Below are positions 59,159 to 64,000 of a stretch of 64,000 nucleotides of DNA, piece after piece. The first letter of the stretch is position 1; every line of letters begins with the position of its first letter. The notes below the pieces were generated by a model, which saw only the letters and a program-made list of their open reading frames with translations, ran no database searches and was not told the DNA's origin. Made by a program: the position numbers and the translations under genes. Source of the stretch: an uncultured Eubacteriales bacterium (GTDB lineage Bacteria; Acidobacteriota; Aminicenantia; Aminicenantales; Saccharicenantaceae); NCBI GenBank assembly GCA_964585685.1, contig CAZPEP010000044.1, positions 5,458 through 69,457 of the forward strand, read 5' to 3'.

Positions 59159-59812
59159 GTGGCGGAAATGAAGACATGCCGTTATGAGAGTTGGATCGAC
59201 GGCTACCTCCTCGGGAAGCTCAGCGAGAAGGAGACCGGGGAGTTCGAGAAACATTATTTCGAGTGCGCTCCCTGTTTCGCGAAGCTGGCCGAGCAGGACG
59301 AGATCATCGGCGTGCTGAAGCGCGACCGGTCTGCGTTCGTCGCCGAGGAGCGGCCTGCCATCGAGACGAGGAAGACCGCCTGGTACGATAGGGCCTTCTC
59401 ATTCTTCACCCCCCGCCAGTGGGCGTTCGCCGGAGCGGCCGCCGCCCTGCTCGTCGCCGTCCTCACCGTCACCTCCCTCTTCCGCAACGCCCCGCCCGAG
59501 TTCGTGTTGAACGGGGAGGACACGGTCCGCGGGAGCTCCCTGACCCTGATCTCCCCGGTCATCGACATCGGCTCCATACCCGCCTTTTTCGAGTGGAGGG
59601 CGCTCGGGACGGACGTGGAATACCAGGTCTCCATCTACAACGGCAAGCTCCTCTGGAAGACGACGACCAGGGACAGCCGCCTCAGTCTCCCCGACGACAT
59701 CAAGGCCCTTATGACCGCCGGCCAAAAGTACTCCTGGCAGGTCAAGGCCTTCTCCTCCCAGGGCACCCTCATTGCCGTCTCCAGCCGGGTCCAGTTCACG
59801 ATCAATCATTGA
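59159..59812 (+). CDS. Anti-sigma factor: zf-HC2, transmembrane helix, periplasmic domain paralogous to 565..1248
   Basis: HYFECAPCFAKL zinc finger. TM helix FAGAAAALLVAVLTV. C-terminal FxWR ... IY ... LxW ... LPD ... YxWxVxA pattern shared with the first anti-sigma. Confidence 0.7.
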   Translation: MAEMKTCRYESWIDGYLLGKLSEKETGEFEKHYFECAPCFAKLAEQDEIIGVLKRDRSAFVAEERPAIETRKTAWYDRAFSFFTPRQWAFAGAAAALLVAVLTVTSLFRNAPPEFVLNGEDTVRGSSLTLISPVIDIGSIPAFFEWRALGTDVEYQVSIYNGKLLWKTTTRDSRLSLPDDIKALMTAGQKYSWQVKAFSSQGTLIAVSSRVQFTINH

Positions 59813-60115
59813 GACCCAAGGCCGCCCCGTATCCGAGGTCCTCGCTCGTGCCCGCCTTCGAAGGGCTGAGAGATTCCCTGCAAGGCGTTCTCAATCGGAG
59901 AGGATTGCCGCACGAAGGACGGAGGGGATATCCTGACGGAAGCTCTCTGGAGGTAGGAGCGGGCAAGGTTCCCCGTCCGTAAGGACGGGGAGAGCGACGA
60001 CCGGAAGGGGAGCGGAATTGACACGCTGGGGCAATTCCGCGTCTTCCGGAAGGATGTCCCTGAGTCCTTCGAAGGCAATCCCACTCAGAATCAGAAGGAG
60101 CCTGCGAAGGGGATT

Positions 60116-60802
60116 CTAATCCTCGATGTTGTGGTCGTCCATGTCCTCGATGTAGAGCCGGCCCTTGGTTTGCTCCTCGAAGGCCAGACAGCACATCAGC
60201 CGCCCGCAGAGGCCGGAGATCTTCGTCGGGTTGATGACGATCTGCTGTTTTCGGGCCTTCTGGATGGTCACGGGCTCGAACGTCCTCATAAAGGTCGCGC
60301 AACAGAGCATCCGGCCGCACGTCCCCAGCCCGCCGATCATCTTGGCCTCGTCCCGGACGCCGACCTGGCGCATTTCGATCCGCATCCTCAGCTCCTTGGC
60401 CAGGTCTTTGACAAGCTGGCGGAAATCAATCCGGCCGTCCGCCGTATAATAGAAGATCCCCTTCTTTTCGTTGAAGAAGTAGCGCACCGAGACCAGCTTC
60501 ATCGGCAGATTCCGGGACGTAATCCTCTGGAGGCAGAGCTCAAAGGCCAGCCCTTCCTTTTCCTGGAGCCAGGCGAACTTCTGCCGGTCATCCTCGGTGG
60601 CCTTCCGGATGATCTGGACCGCCCCCAGGCCCGCCCGCGGGTTGCAGCAGACCGGACTGGAATCGTCGACGACGACCGCCAGGTCCCCGCCGAGCTCCGA
60701 TTCCAAGATGCAGTAGTCCCCGGCGCTCAGGGGCTCCTCGCCCTTCCGGGCGCGGACGATCTTCCCCGTCGATTCGGATAACAGACAAACGATGTCAGGC
60801 AT
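60116..60802 (-). CDS. yaaT: PSP1 C-terminal domain protein (YaaT/RicT-like)
   Basis: Conserved PSP1 core with Cys-rich C-terminal half (GTCGRMLCC ... GLCGRLMCC). Located directly downstream of holB. Confidence 0.85.
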   Translation of the reverse strand: MPDIVCLLSESTGKIVRARKGEEPLSAGDYCILESELGGDLAVVVDDSSPVCCNPRAGLGAVQIIRKATEDDRQKFAWLQEKEGLAFELCLQRITSRNLPMKLVSVRYFFNEKKGIFYYTADGRIDFRQLVKDLAKELRMRIEMRQVGVRDEAKMIGGLGTCGRMLCCATFMRTFEPVTIQKARKQQIVINPTKISGLCGRLMCCLAFEEQTKGRLYIEDMDDHNIED

Positions 60803-61817
60803 GTGGCGCTTCCCCTAAATTCGAATAGAACGCGGCCGCCAGGAGGTTGAGGTTCATGTTCCTGTCCAGGCCCGTCAGGGCCGCGTCAACGGAACCCAGG
60901 CACGACTGGAGCTGCCGGAGGTTCCAGAGCTCCGTCGCTGCCCGGATCTCTTCCTCGAGGTCGGGGTTGAGCAGGAACCGGCCCTCCCCGCCCTCCTTGA
61001 TCAAGAGGACGTCCCGGGCGAAGGAGGCGAACAGCTTCAGCGTCCGCCGGAGGTCGTCCCCCCCCATGGCGCGCGTAACAAAGGCGAACTCGTTCAGGAA
61101 ATCGGACCCCCCTCCTCCCGCGAGCAGGGCCCGGAACAGGGCCCAGGCTCCCTGCCGTCCCTCAAGGGCCTCGTCCCAGTCCCGGTCGAGGGCGTTTTCC
61201 ATGCTGCCGTTGGCCAGGAACGCGAGGAGTTTCGCCCGGTCGGCGGGGTGCCCCCCGGCAACGAGGGCCCGGGCGATCTCCTCCCTGGCGACGAGGGAGA
61301 ATTCTAGGGTTCGGCACCGGGACCGGATCGTGGGCAGGACGAGGTGCGGTTTTTCGGTGACCAGGATAAGAGTCGAGGCGGCCGGGGGCTCTTCGAGGAC
61401 CTTCAGGATGGAGTTGGAGGCTTCTTCGCTCATGACGTCCGCCCCCCGGACGATGAAGACCCGAGCCCTGCCGGACATCGGCCTGAGGTAGGCCATCTGC
61501 TTGAGCAGGCGGATCTGTTCGATCGCGATCTTCTTCTTGTTCTCTACGATCGAGACGAGCATGACGTCCGGGGCGAGGCCCTGCTTCTCAGGGTCCCGAG
61601 AGGCCGCCTCGATCACCCGGCAGGACGAGCAGGCATCGCAGGCGTCGTCCTCGAGGTTCAGGCAGTTCAAGGCCTTGGCTACGGTCACGGCCGTCGCCGT
61701 CTTGCCCACGCCCTCCGGGCCGGAGAACAGGAGCGAATTGGGGAGCCTGTGCCTCCGGAGAGCCATCTGCAGGATGTGCTTGACCCGGTCGTTGCCTGTG
61801 ATGTCTATAAACGCCAT
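60795..61817 (-). CDS. holB: DNA polymerase III delta-prime subunit
   Basis: AAA+ clamp-loader P-loop GPEGVGKT. Zn-module cysteines (CLNLEDDACDACSSC). SRC motif (TIRSRC). Confidence 0.8.
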   Translation of the reverse strand: MAFIDITGNDRVKHILQMALRRHRLPNSLLFSGPEGVGKTATAVTVAKALNCLNLEDDACDACSSCRVIEAASRDPEKQGLAPDVMLVSIVENKKKIAIEQIRLLKQMAYLRPMSGRARVFIVRGADVMSEEASNSILKVLEEPPAASTLILVTEKPHLVLPTIRSRCRTLEFSLVAREEIARALVAGGHPADRAKLLAFLANGSMENALDRDWDEALEGRQGAWALFRALLAGGGGSDFLNEFAFVTRAMGGDDLRRTLKLFASFARDVLLIKEGGEGRFLLNPDLEEEIRAATELWNLRQLQSCLGSVDAALTGLDRNMNLNLLAAAFYSNLGEAPHA

Positions 61818-61823
61818 GGTACC

Positions 61824-64000
61824 CTAGCCGTCCTTCTTTCCGGCGGGATCGACGGGGAGCGACTTCCGGAGGAAGCGGCCGGTGTGGGACCCCTCGACGG
61901 CCGCGACCTCCTCTGGAGTCCCTTGGGCGACGATCCGCCCGCCGTCCTCGCCCCCCTCGGGCCCGAGGTCAATAATATAATCGCAAAACTTGATGACATC
62001 AAGGTTGTGTTCGATGACGAGGACCGTGTTCCCCATCCCCGTGAGCTCCGCGAGAACTTCGAGGAGCTTGCGGACGTCGTCGAAGTGGAGCCCTGTCGTC
62101 GGCTCGTCCAAGAGGTAGAGAGTCCGGCCCGTGCCCTTCCGCCCCAGTTCCTTGGTCAGCTTGATGCGCTGAGCTTCGCCGCCCGAAAGGGTTGGGGCAG
62201 GCTGTCCGAGGCGGACGTATCCCAGTCCGACGCGCTTCAGGGTGGCGAGCTTCCGTTTTAGGGCGGGATCGGTCTTCAGATATTCGTAGGCCTCGTCCAC
62301 GGTCATCGCGAGGAAATCGGCGATGTTCCGGCCCTTGTAGGCAACCGCCAGAGTCTCCTTGTTGTACCGCTTCCCCCCGCAGCGGTCGCAGGTCACGAAG
62401 ACGTCGGGCAGGAAGTGCATCTCGATCTTCCGGACGCCCGCCCCCTGGCATTCTTCGCACCGGCCGGCTTTGACGTTGAAGCTGAACCGGCCCGAGCCGA
62501 ATCCCCGGGCCCTGGCCTCGGGCGTCCGCGCGAAGAGCTCGCGCAGGACCGTGAAGAGCCCCGTGTAGGTCGCCGGGTTGGAGCGCGGCGTCCTACCGAT
62601 GGGTTTCTGATCGACCGAGATGACCTTGTCGATCTGGTCCGCTCCGGTCATGCCGGCGTGGACCCCGGCCTTGTGGCCGGCCTTGTAGAGGGAGTTGACG
62701 AGGCTCTTGTACAGGATGTCGTGGACAAGGGTGCTCTTCCCCGATCCGGAGACCCCGGTAACGGCCGTCATCACGGACAGGGGGAGTCGGACGTCGATCC
62801 CCTTGAGATTGTGCTCGGTCGCCTTGTGCACGGTCAGCCAGCCCGTCGGGCGCCGCCGCGACGCGGGCACGGGGACGCATTTCTCGCCGCGCAGGTACTG
62901 GGCGGTGAGGGAATCTGAAGACTCCAGAATCTCGGCGAGCGGCCCCTCGGCCACCTTGAATCCCCCGCCTTCGCCCGCGCCGGGCCCGAGGTCCAGGATG
63001 TGGTCGGCGGCCCGGATCGTCTGCTCGTCGTGCTCCACGACGACGATGGTGTTTCCGGCGTCCCGCAGGCCCTTGAGCATGGAGATCAGGCGGCCGTTGT
63101 CTCTTTGGTGGAGCCCGATGGTCGGTTCGTCCAGAACGTAGAGGACCCCCCTCAGCCCGGCGCCGACCTGGGCGGCCAACCGGACCCGCTGGGCCTCCCC
63201 GCCCGAGAGGGAGATCGTGGGCCGACCCAGCTGGAGATAGGACATCCCCAGCCGGTCCATGATCTCGAGGCGGTCGCGGATCTCTTTGACGATCTTCTCG
63301 GCCACCTCTCTCAGGGCCGGCCGGAAGGCGAAGGCCGCCGCTTCCTCCCTCAGGCGGCCGATGGGCAGGTCGGCGAGCTCGATGATGTTCCGGCCCTGGA
63401 CCTTGACCATCAGGCTCTCTCTTTTGAGCCGGGCGCCCCCGCACAGGGGACAGACGTCCTCGGTCAGCTTGACCTCCCCCCAATCGTTCTCCGCGGTCCG
63501 GGAGCCCAGACCGTGGCATTCGGGGCAGGCCCCGTAAGGGCTGTTGAAGGAGAAATTGCGGGGCTCGGGCTCGGGAAGGCTGATCTCGCAGGCCGGGCAC
63601 CGAAGCCTCAGGGAGAAATAATGCTCCCTCCCCGTGCCGTTAACGACGAGGACCTCGCCCTCGGAAACATCGACGGCCTTGGCGACGGCCTCGGCCAGCC
63701 GGCGGCGGGAGATCTCGGAGACTCGGACCTCGTCGACGAGGACCTCGACCGTGTGCTTCCGGGTCTTTTCCAGGGGGATCGGATCGTCCAGGTCCCGTAT
63801 CGTGCCGTTGACGCGGACGCGGAGGAAGCCCTTCTTCCGCAGGCGCTCGAAGAGCCGGTGGTACTCTCCCTTCCGGCCTTTGACCACGGGGGCGAGGATC
63901 CTGACGGTCTGCCCGCGGAACGCGGCCAGGACCCTCGCGAGGATCTGGTCGGGGGTCTGGGGGACGACCTCCTTCCCGCAGCCGGGGCAGTGCGGGGTCC
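61824..64000 (-). CDS. uvrA: Excinuclease ABC subunit A (5'-truncated by window edge)
   Basis: Two ABC ATPase modules and Zn-finger motifs (CPECHGLG, CEECQGAG). The reading frame continues without a stop to position 64000. Confidence 0.95.
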   Translation of the reverse strand, partial: TPHCPGCGKEVVPQTPDQILARVLAAFRGQTVRILAPVVKGRKGEYHRLFERLRKKGFLRVRVNGTIRDLDDPIPLEKTRKHTVEVLVDEVRVSEISRRRLAEAVAKAVDVSEGEVLVVNGTGREHYFSLRLRCPACEISLPEPEPRNFSFNSPYGACPECHGLGSRTAENDWGEVKLTEDVCPLCGGARLKRESLMVKVQGRNIIELADLPIGRLREEAAAFAFRPALREVAEKIVKEIRDRLEIMDRLGMSYLQLGRPTISLSGGEAQRVRLAAQVGAGLRGVLYVLDEPTIGLHQRDNGRLISMLKGLRDAGNTIVVVEHDEQTIRAADHILDLGPGAGEGGGFKVAEGPLAEILESSDSLTAQYLRGEKCVPVPASRRRPTGWLTVHKATEHNLKGIDVRLPLSVMTAVTGVSGSGKSTLVHDILYKSLVNSLYKAGHKAGVHAGMTGADQIDKVISVDQKPIGRTPRSNPATYTGLFTVLRELFARTPEARARGFGSGRFSFNVKAGRCEECQGAGVRKIEMHFLPDVFVTCDRCGGKRYNKETLAVAYKGRNIADFLAMTVDEAYEYLKTDPALKRKLATLKRVGLGYVRLGQPAPTLSGGEAQRIKLTKELGRKGTGRTLYLLDEPTTGLHFDDVRKLLEVLAELTGMGNTVLVIEHNLDVIKFCDYIIDLGPEGGEDGGRIVAQGTPEEVAAVEGSHTGRFLRKSLPVDPAGKKDG

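Noticed and set aside
59813-60115. About 300-bp intergenic region with a GC hairpin (CCCCGTCC-GTAA-GGACGGGG) examined for tRNA/ncRNA
   Set aside because: No tRNA-like T-loop or anticodon-arm architecture. The hairpin is probably a terminator for the convergent anti-sigma and yaaT genes.

Overview
This is a 64 kb, high-GC (about 65-70%) segment of a diderm bacterial chromosome. It is densely coded and mostly devoted to cell-envelope biogenesis and housekeeping. All calls are from reading the sequence and the supplied ORF track; no searches were run, so gene identities rest on recognised motifs.

Plus-strand genes:
- An ECF sigma / zf-HC2 anti-sigma pair next to a secreted TPR-CHAT protein on the minus strand (0-4.2 kb); a paralogous sigma/anti-sigma pair sits at 58.6-59.8 kb.
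- A flippase-like membrane protein, an EnvC-like M23 peptidase, a CtpA-like S41 peptidase and a YibQ-like deacetylase (7-11.5 kb).
- A secreted class-I glutamine-amidotransferase/C26-type hydrolase.
- Two tandem paralogous parvulin lipoproteins flanking a saccharopine dehydrogenase.
- uppP and a secreted MEMO1-like protein.
- A large glycan-assembly locus (38.9-53 kb): four GT4, two GT2 polyprenyl-phosphate glycosyltransferases, a Cys-rich GT9 heptosyltransferase, an SDR epimerase, two radical-SAM/SPASM enzymes, short coiled-coil proteins and rsmA. It also carries a minus-strand hexapeptide acetyltransferase (48384..49139) and is bordered on its 5' side by a minus-strand orphan receiver gene (38313..38810).
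- ftsK.

Minus-strand genes:
- A GT9 heptosyltransferase (6 kb).
- Two SurA/PrsA-like parvulins, mfd, and a DUF5916/CBM9-like outer-membrane protein.
- RfaE-domain-II, wzt, wzm and an N6-adenine methyltransferase.
- An atp operon (b', b, delta, alpha, gamma, beta, epsilon) lacking a and c subunits.
- folC and accD.
- An HD-GYP phosphodiesterase, yaaT/PSP1, holB, and a 5'-truncated uvrA at the window edge.

No rRNA, tRNA, CRISPR array or obvious transposase was seen.

The most unusual content is in the glycan locus:
- A roughly 45-aa coiled-coil module recurs three times in front of GT4 genes, once fused to a DUF4214/radical-SAM/SPASM enzyme.
- The orphan receiver has Glu in place of the phospho-acceptor Asp.
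- An SGNH-fold protein has GDE where GDS is expected.

Other notable points:
- A strongly AT-rich TPR segment is embedded in the CHAT gene.
- There is a nested G5/C5 palindromic element at the ftsK / HD-GYP junction.
- Two sigma-70 promoters are exact in all 12 consensus positions (TTGTCA-17-TATAAT).

Caveat: the ORF track accepts GTG/TTG starts, so many N-termini are over-extended. Starts were trimmed where a conserved N-terminus or an ATGA/GTGA overlap made the true start evident.
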